Notes: generated by a model from the sequence alone, not told the origin. Counted from the stretch's first letter, positions 52,821-64,000 are shown. The stretch: 64,000 nucleotides of DNA from Prorocentrum cordatum (GCA_963575745.1 CAUYUJ010000002.1:186001-250000); one strand, 5' to 3'. A program made the numbers and translations.

Positions 52821-52977
52821 TTAAGTCGGGCACGTTCTTCTACAGGAGAAATGTTCAAACATATGGGACCAATCGTATTGGGGACCATTTGTTGTAGAAT
52901 TTGTGTATTTTTGAATATTGTTTTGATATTTTATTTTTCGCCGTGGATCCGTCTGTAGGGGGACATGCCCGACTTAA
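52821..52977. mobile_element. TIR family A, empty ~157-bp MITE with TTAA at both ends
   Basis: ttaagtcgggcacgttcttctacagg ... tctgtagggggacatgcccgacttaa, AT-rich interior. Confidence 0.8.
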
Positions 52978-53087
52978 GTAGAGCAGCGATAAGCAAAGGC
53001 GTGCAGCCACCGCGCGGCACCATGCGGGGGCGCATGCCGTGGCCGTGCGCTGGCGGAGGAATGTTTCGCAGCGCCCCGCCCCCGCAG

Positions 53088-53158
53088 GCTGCGGCTGGAG
53101 TTCAGCGCGCCCAGGGAGCAGCTGCTCCTGGCGCTGACCGCGCCGGCGGGCGAAGCAG
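53088..53158 (+). CDS. Candidate exon (R-LRLEFSAPREQLLLALTAPAGEA-G)
   Basis: cccccgcag|G acceptor, CAG|gc donor, 21 of 23 codons end in G/C. Confidence 0.55.
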
Positions 53159-53699
53159 GCGCCTCCCAGGGCACGGAGGAGGAAAAGGTACCGACACCGC
53201 TATCCTTGCCTCGTGTTCGCCTGTTTGGGGCCTCCTGGGAGGCCTTCGTCGCCACTAGGAGAGGTCCTGGGAGTAAAGGTACCCATGCGTTTTATACTCC
53301 CCCCAAGGGCGCTCATCACAGGAGCGGGAGGTCATGATACACGTTCGCAAAAGTCCTGATGTTCCACACGGGCTGCGTAAACGAGGGACGCCGTATCATG
53401 ACATCATTCCCAGCTTTTCTCATGGCGACGACGTCAGCGGCGGCGACGCCGACAGCGAGGACCCGCCGTGCCCGTGCGGGCCCCTCCCGCCCACAGCGAC
53501 GTCCGCGGCGGCGACTCCTCGGGATGCAGTCGACTCGTTTTTGTTCGGGCTGGGCGTTTTCGCAAAGATCTGGCCAGAACAATTGTGCAGGAAGATTGGG
53601 GGGGCAGGATTGTGGCCGTGTTTTTTTGTGTTGCTCCTCTTTTTTAAGTTATGTAATCGTTTCGTTCATTCCGCCGGCCCGTATTGTGCCCTCGCTGGC

Positions 53700-54890
53700 G
53701 TTTGGGCTTTTGGGGGCCTTTTGGGGTCCTCGTTGGGGGTTTCTTGGGGGCCTCTTGGGTTTCTGTTGGAGCATCTTTGGGGTTTCTTGGAGCTCCTTTG
53801 CGAGCATTTGGGAGCATCTTGGGGCTTCTGGGAACTACTTGGGAGCCGCTTGGGAGCTTCTTGGGGGCCTCGTGAGGGCCTTTGGGGGGCCTCCTGTGGC
53901 TTCAAAGTGGCCTCTTGGCGCGTCCTGGGGGTTTCTTAGGGCCGTGGGCTCGAAATGTTGTTTCATGTTCCCCCTCTGGGGCTTTTCTGAGAGCGTTCTT
54001 GGGGCCCTCTTGGGCCGTCTTGGAGGCCTATTGGGCCGTCTTGGAACCCTCTTGGGCCGTCTTGGGGCCCTGTCAGAGGCCTCTCGGGCCTCTTAGGGCG
54101 ATCTTGGAGGCCTCTTGGGCCGTCTTGGGGCGTCGCGATGCCGAAAAGGTGGAGACGCCAAAATCTCCCCCAAACCATATGAAAAACAATGAATTGTGCT
54201 TCTTGGGGCCCTCTTGGGAGTGCTCTTGAAAGCCTCGTGGGGCGTCTGGGGGCTATCTCGAGGGCCCTTTGGGGACATCCTGGGGCTTCAATGAGGCCTC
54301 TTGGCGCCTCCTGGGGGCTTCTTAGGGCCAAGGGCTAGAAATGTTGTTTCGTGTTCCCCCTCTGGTGCTTCTCTTAGAGCGTTTTTGGGACCCTCTTGGG
54401 CCGTCTTGGAGGCCTCTTGGGCCGTCTTGGAACCCTCTTGGGCCGTCTTGGGGCCCTGTCGGAGGCCTCTCGGTCCTCTTAGGGCGACCTTTGGGGCCTC
54501 TTGGGCCGTCTTGGGGCGTCGCGATGCCGAAAAGGTGGAGACGCCAAAATCTCCCCCAAACCAAAGGAAAAGCAATGAATTGTGCTTCTTGGGGCCCTCT
54601 TGGGAGTGCTCTTGAAAGCCTCGTGGGGCGTCTGGGGGCTATCTCGAGGGCCTTTGGGGGGCCTCCTGGGGCTTCAAAGGGGCCTCTTGGCGCCTCCTGG
54701 GGGCTTCTTAGGGCCGAGGGCTCGAAATGTTGTTTCGCGTTCCCCCCCTGGGGCTTCTCTCAGAGCGTTCTTGGGGTCCTCTTGGGCCGTCTTCGAGGCC
54801 TTTTGGGCCGTCTTGGGAGTCTCTTGTGGCTCCTTGGCGGCGTCTTGGGGGCCCCCAGGGCCTCTTGGGGGGCTCTTGGAGGCCTCTTAG
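53700..54890. repeat. 387-bp tandem repeat (about 2.6 copies) built on 10-11/21-bp ggcctcttgggccgtcttgga subrepeats
   Basis: cgtcgcgatgccgaaaaggtggagacgccaaaatctcccccaaacca recurs ~387 bp apart (54131 and ~54517). Confidence 0.9.
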
Positions 54891-56746
54891 GGCGAGAGGG
54901 GGGGTAGTCGATTGCAGCTCCCCCCTCGGAGGCCACGATCCTCGTGATAGGTGTCGAAAAATGGCCCTCCCCTGGAGTGCTCTGGTGGCTCCTCCCGGGA
55001 CCTTGCCGGGACACTTTTCGTCTGGGGAACCCCAGGGGCCGCCCCGCGCGCGCGAACTAGAAATATTGTGAACCAGTTACCCGAGATCTGAGCACGCCTC
55101 TGGCCCGTTGGGCCCTGCGAGTTAAAAAGGGAATACCAGAAAATGAAGAAGACAAAACAAACAAAAACAACAAAAAAACGATGCTTCAATGCATTCGCGC
55201 CGTCGGATCTCAGGGGACGCCGACGACGACGCAACGACGCAGAGACGCAAAGATGCAACGACGACGACGACTCGTCTTGCTGGTGCGGGTCCCTCCTCCC
55301 CGCGGCACCCAGGTCGCGACCCCCCGCCCGCCCGCCACCCTGTTCGGCCCGCCTGCGGCGCGGTGTCCCCGCAGTTGCTGCTGCTACGGGCTATCTGTAC
55401 AGCCGAGTTGGAGTCGTATGTTTCGCGATCCATGCCCAAACAAGGGTACCCTTGTGTCCTGTGTTTCGCGATCCATGCCCTCTACGTTCCACTGGCAGTG
55501 TGCGCCCCACGGCTTCGACCCCGCAGATGTGGGGCGCCTTGTCGCGGAGTCGTAGATCTCGTCGTCTGCGCCCCTCGTCCCTCGCGGGCCCTCTTCTCGG
55601 CCCCTGCCCAGCGTCCTCTTCCCCCTGCGCACCACCCGTCTTGGCTCTGCACCGGCGTGAGCGTTTCCCCCGGGGGCCTTCGCTGCCCTCCCGCCCTGGT
55701 CCTGCCGCCCGTCTGCTTGCCGAGCCGCCTCCGCTGCGGCTGTGCTCGGCTTTCCCGGCTGCCTCGGCGTGCCGACGGCCCGGCGCGGCCCGTCGGCTGT
55801 TCGGACGCGCTGGTGTCCTTTCCGCTGTGCGCAGAGGTGTGTCGATCCACGCTGCTGGTGCTGCTCCTTCCCGTTCGTCTCCCCTCTCTGCCAGGCCCCT
55901 GCTCTCTCTATCCCAGGCACGATCGCCCAATCCCTGTCCCGATCGGGTACATGTTTTCCCCGCTGGCCGCTGTTTCAACCGGGTTCCATGGCACCCATCC
56001 CCGTCCAGAGGGGGTAGGTTGGCGGCGTAGAGGAACACTGGTCCATTGGGGATGGGGATAGGTATAACTCAGAGGTGTGAGGTGTCATGATCGTGATTCG
56101 TTCCACGTTCTCCCAGATGAACCAGATGTCCTGGTGTTCCGCACGGGCTCCACGAGCGAGGGAGCGTGTTCTGAGCCAATCGCATCATTGCATCAGTTTC
56201 GTCCTAGTACTGCTACCCAGCAGTCAAGGCATGCCCGGGGGGGTCGCACCGCCTCACTCGGAAGTGGACAACTCAACTGATGCTCCCAGTTCGCCGTCGT
56301 CGCCGTCAAGGCCGCCAGGCCGCAGCCAACAACCCAGACGAGGAACAGCTCGCCGCTTGTTCGCTCCTGCCAAGAGCATGCTTCTTCGTCTGTCGTGGTC
56401 GCATTGACGATGCCGATGCCCGTCCCCACCGTCCACCTCGGCCCTAAGAGAAAACAGGCTTCTGGTCACGACGCGCCGGGCGCCTCGGGGCTGCAGCCCG
56501 AGAAAGCTCGACCTGCGCCCCCGGGTGGGCGCCCGAGAGCTCCCTCGGGCGCATGGAAGCCAAAGGAATCGATACCGCTGCCGTTCCATCGTTTTCGCCC
56601 TTCTGAGCCTCCCGGGAAGCCCCCGTCGCCACGTCTGGGTTCGCCTCGACATTCTGGCCAGAGCGCACCCCTGGGAGAGGTCCGTGGAAGAGCGGTATTG
56701 GTTTCCTCTCTCCGTCTCTTATTTTTGTTAGCTCTTTGATATCCTA

Positions 56747-56950
56747 GGCCTCCCAGATGGGGTCGGGGTAGACGGGGTTCGAGGATCGTGCCGCATCGCC
56801 GATGCTTCGGCGGATGCGAATCAGTGTGGAGCCCGGTTTTCTCCACGCCGACGTCGCCGAAGCACCGCTGACGTCGCCGATGCATCGGTGACGCATCGAC
56901 AATGCGGCGCAATCTGACGACGCCATCTACTCCGACCCAATCTGGGAGGC
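56747..56950. mobile_element. MITE family B, best-preserved copy, flanked by TA
   Basis: ta-ggcctcccagatggggtcggggtaga ... tctactccgacccaatctgggaggc-ta; 23/25 TIR match. Confidence 0.8.
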
Positions 56951-57161
56951 TACTAAATATCTAGGTCACCCGCAGGGCGCAAAGATGGTCGCGTTTCGCG
57001 CGTCGTGGTCTGGGCCGGAGCAGCTGCCCTTCTTCAAAGTGGCGGATCGATGACGTGAAGGGAATCGCGCATCGCGGGGCGCGATGCGCGAAGTTCGTTA
57101 ACATCGAAGCCAATAGTCCCCTCCCCTTGAAAAACAAAAGTGGCAGACGCACAAACTTTCT

Positions 57162-57326
57162 GTGGTCCGCGTGGATGTCTGGTGTGAGTGCTGTGACCCC
57201 CCTAGTGGCGCCCCCAGCGCCGTTCCTGGCGAGCTCCGTGCGCCAGAGAGGGGGTCCAGCGCTGATCTATGTATGTATATATATACATGTATATATATGT
57301 ATAAAACAAAAATCTGCGCGGACCAC
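57162..57326. mobile_element. Foldback/MITE family C, copy 3, with a (TA)n expansion
   Basis: gtggtccgcgtgga ... tctgcgcggaccac; interior ggcgcccccagcgccg...gctccgtgcgcca...gggggtcca shared with copies 1 and 2. Confidence 0.65.
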
Positions 57327-57503
57327 CTTGCATAAAATGCCCCCTCCCCCCCAACCACTGTTGTCTCCATGATTGCTGCCGTTGCACCGTCGCCATGGTG
57401 TCCCGCTGGTCCTAGGCGTCACCATGAAGCCCCCCCTTCTGCCGGGGGGACGCCATCGACGAGCAGGGTTGGCACAGCCTAGCGCTGTGTTTTTAGGTTA
57501 CAT

Positions 57504-57525
57504 TCCGCAGCCATGTTGGCGCAAG
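57504..57525 (+). other. Relict dinoflagellate spliced leader (DinoSL)
   Basis: TCCGCAGCCATGTTGGCGCAAG vs DCCGTAGCCATTTTGGCTCAAG, 19/22 ungapped, 66 nt upstream of the ATG. It is not followed by a GT donor, so it is not an SL RNA gene. Confidence 0.85.
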
Positions 57526-57591
57526 AAACTGATTGACACCAGTCAGGTTTTGTGATCTTGTAGTTTTTGTTGCAGCTTGCTCGCCTCAGCA

Positions 57592-58278
57592 ATGGAGATC
57601 GAGCTCCTCCCTGGATCCGACGCCGCTGAAGCTGGAGCGCAGAAGTCAGCCAAGGACTCTGCAATGGAGGCAAGGGTCGGGATGCCGCAGCCAAGGGGGC
57701 TGCCACGGGGTAAGCTTCGCTTCCGAGCGTCGACCGTCTACCAAGAGGTGTTGGAAGACCACCTTCTTCCGGCGGGGCTTGAGATTCAGATGGACGTGGA
57801 AACTGGAAGGAACAAGGCACGGCTGTGCCCTGGACAGGTTGTGGATTACGTAGGCGCCACGGATAATTACCCAATGGTCGCTGCTGCGTTGCGCCAGGCT
57901 GCGACTGCGAACAAACCGGATTTAGTGAGAGCCCTTGTGGCAACATGTTTTTACGATTCTGCAGCGATGTCCTCGGCATTGCTTGAGGCGTCAGCCAAAG
58001 GCTATGCAGATGTTGTGGATGTTCTGTTGGTTGGTGGAATGGCGAAGGCTAACCCTGTGGCTATTGACGCCACTGAGGGCCATAGCGCACTACATCGCGC
58101 CATGACAAATGGTCACGAAGACATATGTAAAAAAATGATAGATGGCCTTCCATCTGCAGATCTGGCTCGCCCGAAGAACAAGCAGGGATTGGATCCATTC
58201 GAAGCGGCGCGTGAGGAGGACCTGGGAATGGTTGCAAAGCGTCTTGAGAAACATCTAGCCGAGCGGTTTAAGGACTGA
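57592..58278 (+). CDS. Intronless ankyrin-repeat protein, 228 aa (retrogene)
   Basis: Intact non-repetitive ORF from gcaATGg. Ankyrin-like units ALRQAATANKPDLVRALV, ALLEASAKGYADVVDVLL, GHSALHRAMTNGHEDICKKMI and KNKQGLDPFEAA. Confidence 0.9.
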   Translation: MEIELLPGSDAAEAGAQKSAKDSAMEARVGMPQPRGLPRGKLRFRASTVYQEVLEDHLLPAGLEIQMDVETGRNKARLCPGQVVDYVGATDNYPMVAAALRQAATANKPDLVRALVATCFYDSAAMSSALLEASAKGYADVVDVLLVGGMAKANPVAIDATEGHSALHRAMTNGHEDICKKMIDGLPSADLARPKNKQGLDPFEAAREEDLGMVAKRLEKHLAERFKD

Positions 58279-59039
58279 AGTTTTCAAGACTGAAGGAGTG
58301 AACGCATTTGGTGCAAATATTCTGACGCATTAGGCGCATGCATCTCAGCTTTCTCCGCAGGCACCGCGTGATCACTACGCTGGAAATAATACGTCCGTGT
58401 AGATTCGAGAGAGAGGGAGAGAAAGAGAGAGAGAGAGAGACACAGCGACAGACAGAGAGTAACCTGAGCCCACGGTTCTCGGATACGACTTAGGGGGGCG
58501 ATTGGGTTGCCTTTCCTGGGTTATGGGTGCTCGAACGCCAATGTAAAGAAGGACGCCGTTTCGTGGCTTAGTTTTTTTGTGGACAGCCAGCCAGCCGCAG
58601 GCTGTTTTGAAGACGGTACCGGGGTCGTCGGCTGTTCGCGGTGTTCCAAAGCCGATGTAAACGGCCCGTCGTTGACGGTTTTCTCTTGTTAATGCAACCA
58701 GCCCGCCGCGTGTGACGATTTTCCGAAATCCTGAATCAGAGGGGGTTTTTGTAATTCCTGTCCCCCCCCCAGCCTTCTAACTGACCCGCTCTCTGCATCT
58801 TTCACCTTACACTCATATTCGCTCGTACGCGCCTCTCACACTTATTCCCACTCTCATTGAAACTGTCTCGTACTTGGACTCACTTACACTGCAGCCCACT
58901 CTTACTCGTAGTTGCTCGTACCCATAATCACTGACACTAAGACTCACTCAAATAACCACTTAGAGTCAGATCCACCTACACGCAGCCCTACTCAACTTAA
59001 CTCCGTCCACCACAATAAGTGTTCTGACTCATGATGTCC

Positions 59040-59705
59040 ACTCATGGCCATCGCGATGTAGCCAGCATGGCACATGTAGCAGGCATTGCATCTGAGCCAC
59101 CCAAGAGTGTGTCGGCCATGAGTGTATCACGGGTCCGTTCGCACCCACATTCTTGGGACTTCTCAGGCGGAATGTTTGGTTTGGCCAAGTAGACGAGGTC
59201 GCCTCAGAGCCCCATGATCACCGCGATGTACCAGGCATGGCATTTGAGCCCTCAACGGATGTGCCCACAAAGGGTGTTTCACAAGCCCGTTGGTATTCAT
59301 TGTGCGGGTGCCTTACACGTGAATCGCATGTTGTGGCCCAGGAGGCGCGTGTCGCTTCAGATCCCCATGGCAACTGCGATGTCACAGGCACGGCGTGTGA
59401 GCCGTTCAAATGGTGTCGACAACCGGTGTTTTACGGGCCCGTTCGCATTCACGGACGGGTGTCTCAGGCGAAACGCGCGTATGTTAGTAGTCGGCGATTT
59501 TTCCCAGAGCCCAAGAACACCGCGGTGCAGCAAGCATTGCATTTGAGCCACTCAAGGGTGTTGTCGACCAGGGGTGTCTCATGGGCACGTTCACAATTTA
59601 ACAGTGTGGACAGATCAGGCAGAGCACATGTTCGGCCTTGTTGGCAAGCTTCATATCAGATGCCCATGACCACTGCGATGTAGTAGGCATGGTATTTTGG
59701 CCTCC
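59040..59705. repeat. Highly diverged ~150-bp tandem repeat, about 5 units
   Basis: Core catg-y-cacYgcgatgta--aggcatggcatttgagcc at ~59043, 59213, 59366, 59512, 59665; second motif ggtgt-tca-gggcccgttcgca. Confidence 0.8.
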
Positions 59706-60484
59706 CACATGCGAGGCGCCATGGGGGCACGTGCCAAGTCGGGCCCAGATTCCACTGAACGTCGCAGAAAATAGAGATGGGCATCACGTGTCGCATCTCA
59801 TCGCCCTAGGTGGATCTAAGAAGGCTTTCTGAGGGAGCCCGCCTTGCACGTGGAATCCCAGCAACGTCTTCGCAGGCAAGCGAGGCCAGACACACGTTGG
59901 TTCGACGATACACGCAAGTATTCCAAACAGTTCCTGGGCATTGCCGCCGATACAGATACCTGTATCGATTTGGCCAGACCACCAGCATGTACTGATCTTA
60001 AGCATTGTTTGAGCGTCAGGATTGCCTGCAAGCCTGTCTTCCTTGTCAGTCGGAGTCTAGTGCTTTCTTTTACGTGCGCTCCAGCCCCGCCCCGTGTACC
60101 CCCCTCTCGTGGACGCCCCAGCGGGCACCTTCACACCGATCCAATCATATTCAAGCGCACTTATACCCAGCGATTCCTACGTTCAGCCAAACTTGCTCAG
60201 TCTCACTCGCGTCCACTCTCATCCTCATCCAGACGCTCATTCGCGGACATCATGCATATTGAGCCACTCTCATCCCAACTCGATCAGACTCAGACGATGT
60301 TGCTTAGACGACCACCCTCCGGGTAACAAGGAGGTTGGGCGGCAGGGATTTGTCTCGCCATGTATCGTTCACCCGGGACACCCAACGAACGTCCTCGGGG
60401 CAACCAGCTAAACCAGGTGGTATTCATTTGCCTGGGCGCCCTTCCTGTTCTAAGAAAACAGACCAATAATATACAAGGCCGTAG

Positions 60485-60970
60485 GGCACCACGAGGCACT
60501 ACGGGGCACCACGGAAAGTCGCGATCGATCCCAGTATCGATTTGCAGGTGTCTGTCGATCTCGCTATCTATCGACCTCACTGTCGACCTCACTTTTGATA
60601 TCACTATCGATCTCACAATTTTTCTCACTGGTAATCTCACTCGATCTACCTCGCAGTCACTATCGATTTCACTTTCAGTTGATCGAACTCACCACTGACC
60701 TCGCTCTCCATCGAACTATCGATCTCACTAGCGATATCACGAGCGATCTCACTATCGATCTCCTCTACCTGTCGGTCTCACTATCTATCGATCTCGCACG
60801 TAGCCCTCACTATCGACCTTCCCTTTGAGTTGTCAATCGATCTCGCTATCGATCCCACTACCGACCTCAGTATTGATCTCACTCAGTCGATCCCACGATC
60901 GATCTAACGAGCGACCTCCACGGGACAGCACGGGACACCCGGGGACATCGCGCCACGGGGCGCCACGGGT
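60485..60970. repeat. Degenerate 12-bp (tcgatctcacta)n tract flanked on both sides by 10-bp cacggggcac-type repeats
   Basis: Directly visible at 60520-60915; flanks at 60485-60515 and 60918-60970. Confidence 0.85.
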
Positions 60971-62749
60971 CGCTTGCGGGACACCCCCCGGCCACCGCTA
61001 GCCAGCCGGGGGAAGGGGAGACATTGAGCTCTGGGCGGGATGACTCTTCTTTCAGGCGATCGCAAAACAATGGATTAGCGACGGGTCCCGCTTCCATGGG
61101 AAATCGCGGATTTCAGCCGCCGGACGAGGCGGCACTGGCCGCATTTTGGGAAGGGCACCTCCCCCGATCCATGGATTTTAGCGACCGCGCGCCAAATCCA
61201 TGGATCGCGTTTGCGCGCCCCCGATTTTTGCCCGCCCACGCAGTTTCGCCTCGCCCGCACGCACGGCACAGAACCGACACCGAGTTCCCGGTGGAGGGCC
61301 CTCCGTTTCAGTGCGATCTCGCCCTGCAACCTCCAAATTTCAGACACCCTACGAACGCGAACTACATTTTATAGGGATTGCTGCGTCGAATCATTCAGAA
61401 GACGGGTTGGTCGCGGGTGGGTGTCCAGGTGGGTTGTCTTTGGGTCTTGGGGCGCGTCGTGGGGCGTCATTCGGCGGGCCGCGAGGACAACAAAATGAAT
61501 GATGACGACAATCCGTACCACAAAGCCTCGTCTCAACCACGCACGCAGTGACGGTTTCAGACCTCGCAGGGGACGCGCCGGCAACGCTTGCTGGGAGTTG
61601 GACCCTACGAGAAGGTGGCGTCCTCCTGGTTGCATGGGCCGTGGAAAGCGGCACCGCGCGAGCGACTTGAACCCTTGATGGAACCGTTGTTGTCTCGGGC
61701 GTTGCCCAGTTTAAGACTGTTAGCCCTCCCTCGAGGAGCAGGACGGAAGGAGAAACGACACGATGGGAGGAGGAGGCGGGGGAGGAGGAGGAGGAAGTGG
61801 GGGGGGGCGTCGGCCGATCACGGATTGACCAGGCGTGCGGAGGTCTGCGAGGAAGAGGGGGGGAGGATGCGCAGGATGAGACGAGGAAGGGGACGGTGGT
61901 AATAGGAGCAGGAGGAAGGGAAGGAGGACGAGGAGGAGGAGGAGGAGAATGAGGACGAGGTGTTAATTCTTGGGCCTGTATGCCTGGCAAGAAATGCAGT
62001 GCAACAGTGCTGTGACATTCTGGCTTGTGGCATTGTGCAGTGCAACAGTTGCGTGTGACTTTCCGGGCGCCCGCCAACGTGTGGCTCAAGCGTTATTGTT
62101 TTTTAGTTTGAAAGGTCTTGCCAGATTTTCATGGTGCGGAGGCCGTGGTTCGCCCCACGGGTTCTAGAGCACACAGGGCGGCGGCGGCAGCTCCAGTTGC
62201 CCCCGCGAACACGGGATCCACCGACCACGGTTACGAGGTTACGTTGTATCGTTATGAAAAGTACGAGAAGCCTGGTACAACCTGAGCACGAACCGGGTCG
62301 CGGAGCTGTGCAATGCAGAGTGTGATGACGGGGCTTTCAGGTACGTGAACACGGCGCGCAATGCCAATCACGACGGCATGCATGTGTGTTTGGGTTGTTT
62401 GTTTTGTTTTGTGTCCTTCCGAGCGCAGTGCTAACATGCACGAGGACGGTTGGTACCGACGAAGTCATAAATTCTGCAATTGAGTTACACAAGGGGCGCC
62501 TTCCTGCATCCAGTTAGCAATCGCAACGTGTAGGCTAAGACTCAGTACAGTATCTCAAAGGGGTAGTTGAGGAATGAATTCCAACACCAGCAAACACCTC
62601 GGAGCATGTTACCAATATCGCTGAAGCAATGCAGTCCGCAGGAAACGCCAGGGATGGCGGTGGCGGAAACAAGCCCGCGAGTGAGCACAAGGCCGTTCAA
62701 CAGTTCAATACGTTTCCATGTGACAAGACCGACTTCAGATAATGCAGCG

Positions 62750-63900
62750 ACATGCCGTTGAATGCACTCGCCCCAGTGCAGCACGGTTACCAGAAAACTT
62801 TCAAGAATTTGATCGACGAACCCGAAAACAGGGAAGGGGCATTTCTTGATGACGAAGAGGATGGCCGAATCCAGACCAGGAACGAAAATCTCATGCTGAG
62901 CGGGTACAAAATGTGCTGCGGATTGCCGGATCCACAGAAGGAGCGGTCAAGATAACGTCGGACAAAATAGGCGAAACAAAGGATAATGAGCAGCAGGGGG
63001 GGACATGAGTTTGATGTGGGCGGCTATGCCATGTTTGACGAGGACCCTTCGGACATGTTACACACCAGCGGGAGACACAGCCTCGGGGGAAGCTCAAGGG
63101 GCTGCATTGGGGATATGATTTAATGGCGCATCTCAAATCGGAACGTGATACTTTGCGGTTGCGGTGGAGACACTTGAACACGTGCTGAACTCGGCCATGA
63201 TCCCGGAAGCAACCGAAGAACATGAATGAGGTGGCGATGCAGCTTGACGAGTGGAGTGCGTGCGTAGACTCGATGGAGAAATCTGAAAGCTTTGATGACT
63301 CATTCTGGCGATTGGTTTGATGGCTGGTAGCAAGAGTTTTTGAAAACCCAAGAGTCTTCGAACATCCACGCATGCCACGAACACCGCGCTAAGTGAGAGG
63401 ATGCGACGAGGAAGAGCAAGGCTGGGCGCCGACGCACATATCACCGATGCAATTGGCCGTGGCCATGTGAACCGCGATGACATTGTAGGGTGAGGCGCCG
63501 ACGGAGACGATCCAGGTAATTGCGACGATGGAGGTATCTGGCGGCGTTGGGCCGTGGTAGGCGCGGCTGGCAACGGCAGAGCGGACGGAGTTAGCAAGGG
63601 AAAGGGCGAGGACACATTGCCCGTGTGCTACAGGCGTGGAAGGCGCGGCCACGTGGCCGAGTGCCGCGCCACCAATAGAGCCGTCAAAAGGTAAGGGAGC
63701 GGAAGTGGATAATGCAGGCGGGGGGATAATTTCCGAGAAGCGCAGGCTATTCGCGGACAGGCGATGGCGATCGGCGCCGCTAAAACATCAGGCAGGTAGC
63801 GAATGGTGAGGAGGTGCTCGCGAAGAAGTCCACGTCTTCCAAGGCCAGCGGCCACTGTGTCGGAAGGGCCCTCAGCGCGACGCGCCATGATCAGCATCGG
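62750..63900 (+). mobile_element. Decayed gag-like region of an LTR retrotransposon (possibly Ty1/copia)
   Basis: KGKG...CYRRGRRGHVAEC (63626-63664) is a damaged CX2CX4HX4C knuckle (second Cys TGT>CGT, one residue short) followed by KGKG; upstream helical segment PKNMNEVAMQLDEW; many stops. No LTR or pol visible in the window. Confidence 0.5.
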
Positions 63901-64000
63901 CATGTCGAGTAAGCTGCAGGAGGCAGATCGAGGAGACGGTGGGCCATGTCTGAAGGTTGAGCTAACCAGATGACGGCCGATGACGATTTAGGGCTTCCCG

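Noticed and set aside
56090..56200. Minus-strand FIWENV resembling C5-methyltransferase motif VI
   Set aside because: No PC catalytic motif or FxGxG motif found nearby; a three-residue match is insufficient.
57495..58465. aggttac / gtaacct inverted 7-mers flanking the retrogene
   Set aside because: Too short to exclude chance, and retroposition predicts direct rather than inverted duplications; no clear target duplication found.

Overview
GC-rich, repeat-dominated eukaryotic nuclear DNA with one 100-N assembly gap (44396-44495). It is most likely from a dinoflagellate; this is inferred from a 19/22 match to the dinoflagellate spliced leader and from candidate exons with GA/GC donors and AG|G acceptors. 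Almost all long ORFs in the supplied track are artefacts of stop-poor microsatellites and satellites. Supported content: (i) one intact, intronless ankyrin-repeat gene (57592-58278) behind a relict spliced leader, i.e. a retrogene; (ii) short + strand exon candidates scattered from 17.6 to 57 kb, three pairs of which join in phase, suggesting one large intron-rich gene; (iii) two decayed non-LTR retrotransposons (7.5-11.5 kb on +, RT plus RNase H; 35.8-38.7 kb on -) and a decayed gag-like zinc-knuckle fragment at the right end; (iv) a 5-kb array of 89-bp units, several smaller hairpin-containing tandem arrays, and long (GTA)n, (TAC)n, (GAT)n, (GGA)n and (CAC)n tracts; (v) about seven families of small TIR/foldback elements. 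The least explained structure is a TIR family (TTAAGTCGGGCATGYCCCTCTACAGG) present both as an empty ~157-bp element and as ~1.2-1.3-kb versions carrying different structured tandem arrays. I see no rRNA, tRNA or CRISPR-Cas, and I cannot establish a new biological system from this sequence alone.
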